Assembly: GCA_943358395.1 (NCBI GenBank)
Contig: CALRGY010000002.1
Span: forward strand, 1-58,166
Direction: 5' to 3'
Source of the DNA: Candidatus Uhrbacteria bacterium
GTDB lineage: Bacteria; Patescibacteriota; Patescibacteriia; UBA9934
Length of the DNA stretch: 58,166 nucleotides
How positions within the stretch are numbered: the stretch's first letter is position 1; each line of letters starts with the position of its first letter. Positions 19,230 to 26,553 of the stretch are shown here, piece after piece. The notes under the pieces are model-generated. The model was not told where the DNA came from and ran no database searches. It worked only from the letters and a program-made list of their open reading frames with translations. The position numbers and the translations under genes were made by a program.

Positions 19230-19272
19230 CAGATCCTGAGTACCAACGAAGGTTCTCGAATGTAGCCTACCC
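19230..19272 (+). repeat. Direct repeat flanking the GIY-YIG gene (left)
   Basis: CAGATCCTGAGTACCAACGAAGGTTCTCGAATGTAGCCTAC versus 19625-19667. Confidence 0.75.
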
Positions 19273-19302
19273 GATTACGTTTGCGATGTATCATTGGTCA
19301 GT

Positions 19303-19599
19303 ATGAATGTCGGAATTTACATCATGACGAACGCGTCTCATTCCACGCTGTACGTTGGTATGAGTACGGATCTTCCTGAGCGCATTGCGTCGCATAAAGA
19401 AGGTCTCGTCGACGGATTTGCGAAGAAATATCGATGCACGATTCTTGTCTATTACGAAGGATGTGACAGTATTGATCATGCGTATATTCGTGAGAAGCAG
19501 ATCAAAGGCTGGACACGAAACAAGAAAGTCGCATTGATTCAGATGCGTAATCCAACGTGGAATGACGTGTATAAGGAATTGATTGCAGAGTCGGTGTAG
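19303..19599 (+). CDS. GIY-YIG nuclease family protein (small stand-alone, COG2827-like)
   Basis: IYIMTN....LYVGMS.DL..R...HK and REKQIKGW.R.KK..LI...NP.W.D pattern. Start at ATG 19303 (the track start 19294 is TTG). Confidence 0.8.
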   Translation: MNVGIYIMTNASHSTLYVGMSTDLPERIASHKEGLVDGFAKKYRCTILVYYEGCDSIDHAYIREKQIKGWTRNKKVALIQMRNPTWNDVYKELIAESV

Positions 19600-19624
19600 T
19601 GGCGATTTATTAAATCTGGGGTGC

Positions 19625-19667
19625 TCAGATCCTGAGTATTAATGAAGGATCTCGAACGCAGCCTACG
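19625..19667 (+). repeat. Direct repeat flanking the GIY-YIG gene (right)
   Basis: CAGATCCTGAGTATTAATGAAGGATCTCGAACGCAGCCTAC. Confidence 0.75.
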
Positions 19668-19682
19668 CTTCTGCTTCATCAA

Positions 19683-19725
19683 CAGAATCCTGGCGGAGGC
19701 CCTTCGGCAGAGCCTCAGGGTCTGT
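19683..19725 (-). repeat. 43-nt hairpin repeat unit, inverted copy
   Basis: CAGAATCCTGGCGGAGGCCCTTCGGCAGAGCCTCAGGGTCTG. Confidence 0.8.
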
Positions 19726-19784
19726 GAAATCGTTCGAAACATCATTGCGAATGATGGGATTGAGAGCTTGTAGAGGTATGAGTT

Positions 19785-19814
19785 CAAAAACAAAAACGAG
19801 GCTTTGGAGCCTCG
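19785..19814 (-). terminator. Intrinsic terminator (minus strand)
   Basis: CGAGGCT-CCAA-AGCCTCG followed by TTTTTGTTTTT when read on the minus strand. Confidence 0.7.
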
Positions 19815-19855
19815 CTGATGGGTAGAGATGATGCATCTTTATGTTTCTCTTTGAC

Positions 19856-20197
19856 TCATGCTATAGACTCAAGCGATTTAAGCATAGCGGCATGTTCGGC
19901 AATAAGATCTGCTTTGAGCTTGGAGTCTGTTGTATACGTACTAAGTGTGCTCGCGATATATTCATGGCTCATCCCCGGCCCAATTTGTGCGAGCTGTTTT
20001 CTGGGTTCTGTAACATTCACGCCACGTTGCTCTGCTGCATCGATCATTATTGTCATGCGCGCGATCGTTGCTATCTTTTTTTCGGTATTCCTTGCAATCA
20101 TGAGTCGTCTCTGTTCCTGCTCTTCTGGACCAAGGTTCCGCAACTGTTGCAGTACATTCATTTCAGTATTGGGTTCCATAAGATGTATGTTGAGCAA
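19856..20197 (-). CDS. Hypothetical protein
   Basis: 113 aa. Chosen over two overlapping plus-strand ORFs because of composition, the 11-nt gap to the upstream minus-strand gene and the downstream minus-strand terminator. Confidence 0.5.
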   Translation of the reverse strand: MLNIHLMEPNTEMNVLQQLRNLGPEEQEQRRLMIARNTEKKIATIARMTIMIDAAEQRGVNVTEPRKQLAQIGPGMSHEYIASTLSTYTTDSKLKADLIAEHAAMLKSLESIA

Positions 20198-20208
20198 GAT
20201 GAATAATT

Positions 20209-21012
20209 TTATTCGCTCACGTAAATAGCTCCAGTATTTCCACTGTCATAACTATCGAAGAAGGTGTAGGTTCCTGCTTCGGTGAAGCGGTGGGTGAAGG
20301 TAACGCCAGCGGTCATGGTGCCGGTGCCCCATGTGAGATCGTCGGCGGTGGCAGTGTGTTTTTCCGTATCTGCATTTACAAATTTTACCGTTTCCCCGGC
20401 GGCGATGGTGACATCAATAGGGCTATAGCCGTCGCTGGTGATGGTGATTGTTTCTGGATTACTCAGATCTTTATCTGTATTGATGCTTGTTGCTCCTGCG
20501 GCTTCTACGGTTTTTGAGTAACTTCCTGAGGTTTCAATAGCGCTTCCTACAGTGTAATTACTGAAGAATCCATCTGGAATATCGTCGATCATTGTGTTCC
20601 AGGTGCTGCCGTAGAGTGCAATAGCAATGGCTTCACTGGTGACGTGGCGGAGTGTTCCCCCGGCGCTGATAGCGTATGTTTTTGGATCGGTGTTGATCTT
20701 AATCATCTTTACGCCTGGCTTATACGTCACGTTTCCGCCCATTTGAATTTTTGCCAAATCCGCATCGCTGAGGGTTTTGACGGTATCAAAGTTGCTGTAC
20801 CAGGTGAAATAGGTTTTATCGTTTGGAAAAACGTACCGGAAGCCGTCTGCACCCATGTAGTACACCGCAGAGAACGATGTTCCGCGAATTAAATCGCCAG
20901 AGCTGACGGTGGATGCCGCGTGAACAGATGATGCGTTCCAAAGCTGTGCGCCGCCAAAGAGTGCAACGACGGCAAGGAAAGAGCCAAAGAAAGAAAGCGT
21001 ATGTTTGATCAT
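20209..21012 (-). CDS. Secreted protein with C-terminal cupredoxin-like domain
   Basis: Signal peptide. The C-terminus (ITITSDGYSP..V.I.AGETVKFVN.D...HT...D......G..FTH.F.EAGTY.F) resembles plastocyanin/EfeO-type cupredoxin folds. Confidence 0.6.
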   Translation of the reverse strand: MIKHTLSFFGSFLAVVALFGGAQLWNASSVHAASTVSSGDLIRGTSFSAVYYMGADGFRYVFPNDKTYFTWYSNFDTVKTLSDADLAKIQMGGNVTYKPGVKMIKINTDPKTYAISAGGTLRHVTSEAIAIALYGSTWNTMIDDIPDGFFSNYTVGSAIETSGSYSKTVEAAGATSINTDKDLSNPETITITSDGYSPIDVTIAAGETVKFVNADTEKHTATADDLTWGTGTMTAGVTFTHRFTEAGTYTFFDSYDSGNTGAIYVSE

Positions 21013-21042
21013 AGAGGGGAAGATAAGAACAAGAGTATCATA

Positions 21043-21771
21043 TCAAAGGTTGTTTTTTGGAGGAAGCGCGGCACTGTGGGTGAGTGCAAGGTACGCATTT
21101 CGTGGATGATCGGTGCCCCAAATGGCGCTTCCCGCAATAAGAGCGTTTGCCCCTGCATTGATGATATTTTGCATGTTTTCTTGAGTTACTCCGCCATCGA
21201 CTGCGATGGCGAGCGAAGGATGAATGGCGCGAATGCGGCGAATCTTTGCAAGAATCGGCTCACCAAGGAATGCGTGACCAGAATGTCCCGGTTGCACACC
21301 CATTACCAGAATACGATCGGGCAGTTGTGAAAGGACATCGATGACATCGGGTGCGGTTTCTGGGCAGAGGGCAACGCCGGTTTCTAGATCACACGCACGA
21401 ATTGCATCAAGGATCGGCGATAATGGCCTAGAAATCTCCGCATGAACAATCGCCCGAATCGTTTCCGGCACAAGTGCTTTCCACTGTTCGATGATTGGAA
21501 GAGGATTCTGAATCATGCAGTGGAGCTCGATGAATGGAACGTGATCTCTCCCCCATTTATGGGGGAGTAAGGAGGGGGCTGAAGCCGAGAGGGGGCTCTC
21601 GTGAAGAGCGGTCACTGCCGCCGCATCACAAAAACACCTTGCCCCAAACATACTTCCATCAAGAATATCGACGTGCGCTGTCATCCCCGGTTCCCAAAGC
21701 CCAGGGAACATAAGCTTCTCACGAAGCTCTTCTGCGTTTTCCGCAAGGATCGAGGGGAGAATTTCCAGCAT
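21043..21771 (-). CDS. rpe: Ribulose-phosphate 3-epimerase, carrying an in-frame repeat insertion
   Basis: ILPSILA, HVDILDG, LHCMIQNP, VMGVQPGHSGHAF, AVDGG and AGSAIWG motifs. Confidence 0.88.
   Translation of the reverse strand: MLEILPSILAENAEELREKLMFPGLWEPGMTAHVDILDGSMFGARCFCDAAAVTALHESPLSASAPSLLPHKWGRDHVPFIELHCMIQNPLPIIEQWKALVPETIRAIVHAEISRPLSPILDAIRACDLETGVALCPETAPDVIDVLSQLPDRILVMGVQPGHSGHAFLGEPILAKIRRIRAIHPSLAIAVDGGVTQENMQNIINAGANALIAGSAIWGTDHPRNAYLALTHSAALPPKNNL
21546..21598 (+). repeat. G-rich palindromic element (working label GPE) inside rpe, antisense to the gene
   Basis: CTCTCCCCCATTTATGGGGGAGTAAGGAGGGGGCTGAAGCCGAGAGGGGGCTC, translated on the minus strand as ESPLSASAPSLLPHKWGRD. 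Confidence 0.8.
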
Positions 21772-21795
21772 AGGTCATCGTTGGTCTTATTGGTC

Positions 21796-22257
21796 CTATT
21801 CCTGTACTTCGATTGCGCGAATTTCATTGACGCGCCGCATGTGCCGGGTTTCTCCCGATGGCTCCGCTGTAAGAAATGCATCCACAATAGCCATCGGCGC
21901 ATCAATAGTGCTCAGCCTGCCGGCAAGGCAGAGAATATTCCCAGTATCATTGGCACGCAGGCTCCGTGCTGCATCGATCGAAAATCCAATCCCCGCACGA
22001 ATCCCGTCAAACTTATTCGCTGCAATACACACGCCCTCTGCGCTCCCACAGATAAGGATTCCCACCGATCGTGGATTTTCCCGCACCGCCTGCGCCACCC
22101 GCGCCGCAAAAACCGGATAATCATCGCCCGGGCTAAGCTCGTGCGCACCAAGATCTTCCACTTCAAACTCACGATCATTCAAATGTCGCTTTACACTCTC
22201 CTTCAATGCAAAGCCCGCATGATCAGCACCAATGTAAATGATGGAAGGGGAAGACAT
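21796..22257 (-). CDS. rpiB: Ribose-5-phosphate isomerase B
   Basis: IGADHAG..LK, GILICGS..G..IAANK and R.HND.N.L motifs. Start trimmed to MSSPSIIYIG. Confidence 0.88.
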   Translation of the reverse strand: MSSPSIIYIGADHAGFALKESVKRHLNDREFEVEDLGAHELSPGDDYPVFAARVAQAVRENPRSVGILICGSAEGVCIAANKFDGIRAGIGFSIDAARSLRANDTGNILCLAGRLSTIDAPMAIVDAFLTAEPSGETRHMRRVNEIRAIEVQE

Positions 22258-22328
22258 GAAGGAAGTATAGCCCAAGAGTGTTTGGAGTGGGCTTCGGATA
22301 TGAGACAATGATTATATTTTCCCCGAAT

Positions 22329-22895
22329 ATGATTAAAGCGATACTGAGCGATTACGATGGGGTACTCATTCCGGATGAGTATCGGGGCATTCGGACATTG
22401 TGTCCGGATGTAACGTTGCTTGAAAGAATCGAATCTGCGTACTACGCAACCGCGACGTGTACTGGTTTGTGGGAAGAGCTTCGCAACGCATTTGCGCTGA
22501 AGGAGAGTGACGATGAGCTTCGGATGCTTTACAACACAGAAGACGACGAGCAACGGCAATTCGAAGCACGGGTTCTTGATCGGTATCGTGAGATTCAGGG
22601 TGATTGCTTACTGCTCCTTCTTTCAAATCAAATTACCGATCGCGCGAATTATCTTCGCGCGCGTAATCATCTTGGATGTTTCGATACTCTGTATTTCTCT
22701 AATGAACTTGGTTTACAAAAACCTAACCCGGCAATTTTTGCCCTTGTTCTGGCACGCCACAACCTCTCTCCAGAAGAGGTCATCTTTATTGATGACGCAC
22801 AAGAGAATATCGATGCCGCGTCAGCCCTAGGTATGCAGACCATCCACTTTACCGGGATTGAGTCCCTTGATCGCATCCGATCATTGCTTTCCTAA
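22329..22895 (+). CDS. HAD-superfamily hydrolase
   Basis: Motif I SDYDGVL, motif III/IV K.NP..F...IFIDD. Start at MIKAIL (earlier in-frame GTG/ATG starts are possible). Confidence 0.75.
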   Translation: MIKAILSDYDGVLIPDEYRGIRTLCPDVTLLERIESAYYATATCTGLWEELRNAFALKESDDELRMLYNTEDDEQRQFEARVLDRYREIQGDCLLLLLSNQITDRANYLRARNHLGCFDTLYFSNELGLQKPNPAIFALVLARHNLSPEEVIFIDDAQENIDAASALGMQTIHFTGIESLDRIRSLLS

Positions 22896-22956
22896 AATCT
22901 CTGTTTCCTGGAGCTTTTCCGTATTTTTGAGTACTATCGACATATCATTCATAAGG

Positions 22957-23079
22957 AGGACTTTCTCATTTTCGACCAATTTCGGTGCGCAAGGAAGAAT
23001 ATTCGCGAGGTGTACTTCTCGGTACATTGAGCGAATGTTCGACGCAGCAAGCCGAAAATGGGCAAAATGAGGAAGTTCT
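22957..23079. repeat. LHE copy 3, directly upstream of ileS
   Basis: AGGACTTTCTCATTTT...AAAATGAGGAAGTTCT ends. Body CGGTGCGCAAGGAAG...GTGTAC-TTCTCG-GTACAT. Confidence 0.85.
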
Positions 23080-23105
23080 CACAATTTATCGAGCTCGGCG
23101 TTCCG

Positions 23106-26057
23106 ATGCTCCACTTGCCTGATATGCAATCACATTCTGAACAGGAAAAAGCGGTTTTGGATTCTTGGGAGAAGAATAAAATTTTTGAACGATCGGTTGA
23201 GGAACGATCGAAAGAGAAGCGATATACGTTTTACGATGGGCCGCCGTTTGCCACGGGTTTGCCGCATTATGGGAGCATTTTGCCGTCGGTGATTAAAGAT
23301 GTTGTTCCACGATATTGGACGATGAAGGGCTATAGGGTGGAGCGGGTGTGGGGTTGGGATTGTCATGGAGTGCCGATTGAAAACATGATCGAGCAGGAAT
23401 TGGGATTAAAAGGCGGGAAGAAGGGTATTGAAGAGCTGGGAATTGATAAGTTTAATGCGGCGTGCCGTGCGGCGATTTTGCGGTTCGATAAGGAATGGGA
23501 GGTGATTATCAAACGTGTTGGCCGTTGGGTCGACTTCAAGCATTCGTATAAAACCATGGACAACACGTTCATGGAAAGTGTGTGGTGGGGATTTAAGCAG
23601 CTGCACGAAAAGAATCTTGTCCGTGAAGGCAAACGAGTTATTTTGTACTGTCCGCGCTGCGCAACTCCACTCAGCAACTTCGAAATCGCGATGGACAACT
23701 CGTACAAGGACGTTGAAGACAATTCGTTGTACGTGAAATTTAAGCGAAAAGATGCAGAGAATGAATATTTCTTGGCGTGGACGACGACGCCATGGACGCT
23801 CCCCGGCAACGTCGGCTTAGCTGTCGACCGCGATGCGGAATACGTGAAAGTGCAGACCGGCGATGAGTTCGTCTGGATGGCGAAGCAGTGTATGGAGAGA
23901 ACCCTCCCCCTTTTCAAGGGGGAGTCGGAGGGGGTCTCGAATGGCGTCGTGATTGAATCCCTCCCTGGATCCTCTCTCCTCAACATCGAATACGAGCCCC
24001 TCTATTCCTACATGCCCACCGAGGGCAAAAAGGCGCATTACATTCTGCCGGCAACGTTCGTTTCCCTCGACGATGGATCCGGAATTGTTCATACGGCTGC
24101 CGTGTTCGGTGAAGACGACTATAAGCTTGCGCAAGAGTTCGATCTTCCATGTGTTCCCACTCTCGATGACCAAGGTCGGTTCCTTGATATCGTTGAGCCA
24201 CTCAAGGGTGTGTTCTACAAAAAAGGTGAGCAGTGGGTGATCGACGATCTGACGAGCAGGAATTTGGTGTGGTCGTCGACGAAGTTTATGCACTCGTATC
24301 CGATGTGCTATCGATGCTCGACTCCGTTGTATTACAACGCGGTGCCAGCATGGTTCATCGATGTGCAGTCGTTGAAACCGGAGTTGATTGCGCAGAACGA
24401 AAACATTAATTGGTACCCAGAGCACCTCAAGAAAGGGAGATTCGGCAAAGGTCTTGAAACCGCACCAGATTGGAACATTTCTCGCTCTCGGTACTGGGGA
24501 ACGCCAATGCCAGTATGGGTGGCAGAAGATGGCACACGCCGTGTTCTCGGTTCATTCGATGAGTTGAAGACATGGGCGGTTGATCCTTCGTGTGTTGAAA
24601 CGCTCACCGATTATCATCGTGAGTTTATTGACCCCATCGAGGTATGGGTTGACGATGCAAAAACGAAGAAGGGCAAGCGCATTCCAGAAGTGTTTGATTG
24701 CTGGGTGGAGTCTGGCTCTATGCCATTCGCCGCAATCCACGCGCCGTTTGAGAATAAGGAACAGTTCGATCACGCATTCCCAGCGCAATTCATCACGGAG
24801 TACATTGCGCAGACCAGAGCATGGTTTTATGTCATGCATGTCATGTCGGTAGCGCTCTTCGGCAAGAATTCGTATGAAAACGTGTTGACGACGGGAACGA
24901 TTCTCGCTGCGGACGGATCGAAGATGAGTAAGTCAAAGAAGAATTATCCTGATCCCACGATTCTTATCGAAAAGCACAGCGCGGATGCTCTTCGATTCTA
25001 TTTGATGTCTCAGCCGTTGGTGAATGGAGAAAATCTGTTGTTCAACGAATCCGGGGTCGAGGAGGTCTCCAAAAAGTTCATCACCATCATGAAGAACGTG
25101 GTGTCGTTCTACGGTTTGTACAAGGAGCACGATGATGGTCGTGAACCATCGAACATGCACGTGCTCGACCAATGGATCACGGCACGGATCGATGAGACGC
25201 TTGAGGCGGAGACCGCCGCCATCGAACGCTACGACCTTTCCGATGCCGCCCGATCCCTCCAATCCTTCGTCACCGATCTTTCCACATGGTACGTTCGCCG
25301 TTCGCGTGATCGCGTGAAGAATAGTGGCGACGATCGCGCTGAAGCGCTTGCGACTCTCCGATCGACCCTCACCACCTTCTCAAAGATGCTCGCGCCATTC
25401 ATGCCGTTCCTAGCAGAAATGATGTACCGCGATGTTGCCGGTGCCTCCGAATCCGATTCGGTTCACCTTCAGTCGTGGCCTCAGACGAGTACGCGACCTC
25501 TCCCCCTTTATAAGGGGGAGTCGGAGGGGGTGGGGAGTAAGGGGGAGGTCGTGACAGCGATGGGCGAAGCCCGCGCCATCGTTTCCCGCGTGATGGAGGC
25601 TCGCGACAATGCTGGCCGTTCCGTGAAACAAGCGCTTGGATCGATGAAAATTACGACGCCGACCGGAGCTATCGAACCAGGAATTCTCGAAGTGATTCTT
25701 GATGAGGTTAATGTAAAGACTGCAACAGTGGTGAAGGGTGCTGAGCTTGCGGTCGATGTCGATACTACACTTACCCCAGCATTGATCCGCGAAGGCATGG
25801 CACGTGAGGTAACTCGTCGGGTGAATGGGATGCGTAAAGAGGCGGGGATGACCATTGCGGATCGCATTGTCCTCCGCGTGTTCTCGGTAAGCGACGAGGT
25901 CAAGATGATGTTTGAGGAGTACAAAGATTCTCTTCAAGCCGACACCCTCTCGTCATCGGTCGCATGGGACCAATGCGACCCATCAGATTCTTCCGCAATC
26001 ACTCAATCCTTCCGCGTTGCAGAACAGGACATCACGATTGGATTTATACGAGCATAG
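23106..26057 (+). CDS. ileS: Isoleucyl-tRNA synthetase (type 2-like), with two in-frame repeat insertions
   Basis: PPFATGLPHYGS (HIGH region), WDCHG.P.E and KMSKSKKN. Start moved to ATG 23106 because the track start 23058 lies inside LHE copy 3. Confidence 0.92.
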   Translation: MLHLPDMQSHSEQEKAVLDSWEKNKIFERSVEERSKEKRYTFYDGPPFATGLPHYGSILPSVIKDVVPRYWTMKGYRVERVWGWDCHGVPIENMIEQELGLKGGKKGIEELGIDKFNAACRAAILRFDKEWEVIIKRVGRWVDFKHSYKTMDNTFMESVWWGFKQLHEKNLVREGKRVILYCPRCATPLSNFEIAMDNSYKDVEDNSLYVKFKRKDAENEYFLAWTTTPWTLPGNVGLAVDRDAEYVKVQTGDEFVWMAKQCMERTLPLFKGESEGVSNGVVIESLPGSSLLNIEYEPLYSYMPTEGKKAHYILPATFVSLDDGSGIVHTAAVFGEDDYKLAQEFDLPCVPTLDDQGRFLDIVEPLKGVFYKKGEQWVIDDLTSRNLVWSSTKFMHSYPMCYRCSTPLYYNAVPAWFIDVQSLKPELIAQNENINWYPEHLKKGRFGKGLETAPDWNISRSRYWGTPMPVWVAEDGTRRVLGSFDELKTWAVDPSCVETLTDYHREFIDPIEVWVDDAKTKKGKRIPEVFDCWVESGSMPFAAIHAPFENKEQFDHAFPAQFITEYIAQTRAWFYVMHVMSVALFGKNSYENVLTTGTILAADGSKMSKSKKNYPDPTILIEKHSADALRFYLMSQPLVNGENLLFNESGVEEVSKKFITIMKNVVSFYGLYKEHDDGREPSNMHVLDQWITARIDETLEAETAAIERYDLSDAARSLQSFVTDLSTWYVRRSRDRVKNSGDDRAEALATLRSTLTTFSKMLAPFMPFLAEMMYRDVAGASESDSVHLQSWPQTSTRPLPLYKGESEGVGSKGEVVTAMGEARAIVSRVMEARDNAGRSVKQALGSMKITTPTGAIEPGILEVILDEVNVKTATVVKGAELAVDVDTTLTPALIREGMAREVTRRVNGMRKEAGMTIADRIVLRVFSVSDEVKMMFEEYKDSLQADTLSSSVAWDQCDPSDSSAITQSFRVAEQDITIGFIRA
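23894..23925 (+). repeat. GPE copy inside ileS (first)
   Basis: CTCCCCCTTTTCAAGGGGGAGTCGGAGGGGGT, translated LPLFKGESEGV. Confidence 0.8.
25498..25547 (+). repeat. GPE copy inside ileS (second)
   Basis: CTCTCCCCCTTTATAAGGGGGAGTCGGAGGGGGTGGGGAGTAAGGGGGAG, translated PLPLYKGESEGVGSKGE. Confidence 0.8.
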
Positions 26058-26060
26058 AAT

Positions 26061-26133
26061 GGCTAATATTAGCCAAATACTATTGACAAAACCGTGATTT
26101 TGTGGCATAGTAACGCCATGGACAGTCGTATCT
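26061..26133 (+). promoter_or_regulatory. Conserved regulatory cassette copy 1: 14-nt palindrome + sigma70-like promoter + conserved transcript start
   Basis: GGCTAATATTAGCC (26061-26074), TTGACA (26083-26088), 17-nt spacer, TGgCATAGT (-10 at 26106-26111), then ACGCCATGGACAGTCGTATCT. Near-identical block at 28729-28801. Confidence 0.6.
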
Positions 26134-26156
26134 GCCGAAGAAAAGAAGGTTCATGA
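26118..26156 (+). other. Candidate leaderless mini-ORF MDSRICRRKEGS*
   Basis: The ATG lies 7 nt after the predicted -10. The first five codons (MDSRI) are identical in the second cassette. Purely predicted. Confidence 0.25.
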
Positions 26157-26161
26157 AAATC

Positions 26162-26189
26162 AAAACTCCCGCCCTTCGGCGGGAGTTTT
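26162..26189 (+). terminator. Intrinsic terminator/attenuator hairpin upstream of speH
   Basis: AAAACTCCCGCC-CTTC-GGCGGGAGTTTT, identical at 28960-28987. It lies 20 nt before the speH ATG. Confidence 0.7.
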
Positions 26190-26208
26190 GTTGTAGAATA
26201 TATGTCTT

Positions 26209-26553
26209 ATGCGGGGAATCCATGTGTTCGGGGAGCTTTCTGGATGCGACTCTTCGACATTGATCGATATCGATAGCGTTTTGCGTCGTGTGCGGGAGAT
26301 CATCGATTCGGCGGGGCTGTCTCGAGTTTCAGAAGCGATGCACGTTTTTCCAAATGGTGGGTATACATTTGTGATTTGCCTTGCAGAGTCGCATCTTGCG
26401 GTGCATACGTGGGTCGACGAGCGATTGGTAACGTTAGATGTTTTTATGTGCAACGTCACGAAAGATCATTCGGCGGATGCGCAGAGAGTGTTCGACGAGG
26501 TTTCAGTAGTATTTCATCCAGAACACCGTCATGTGCAAACGGTGGAGCGTTAA
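26209..26553 (+). CDS. speH: S-adenosylmethionine decarboxylase proenzyme (small SpeH type)
   Basis: 114 aa. LAESHLAVHTW matches the ES/H self-cleavage and HTWPE-like motif. Confidence 0.85.
   Translation: MRGIHVFGELSGCDSSTLIDIDSVLRRVREIIDSAGLSRVSEAMHVFPNGGYTFVICLAESHLAVHTWVDERLVTLDVFMCNVTKDHSADAQRVFDEVSVVFHPEHRHVQTVER

Noticed and set aside
23058-23105. ORF-track N-terminal extensions that read through repeats. Examples are ileS from 23058, the 28825 start of the 29002 gene, tktN from 19171, rluD-like from 54259, the aldolase from 14588 and the L,D-transpeptidase from 9849.
   Set aside because: The extra residues are encoded by LHE or hairpin-repeat sequence, or precede an obvious signal peptide or conserved N-terminal motif. 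Internal ATG starts fit the family N-termini and leave the repeats intergenic.
26112-26161. Riboswitch upstream of speH.
   Set aside because: Only about 17 nt after the predicted TSS plus the terminator are conserved between the two cassette copies. This is too short for an aptamer, and no known riboswitch consensus was recognised. It is reported instead as a promoter/mini-ORF/terminator cassette.
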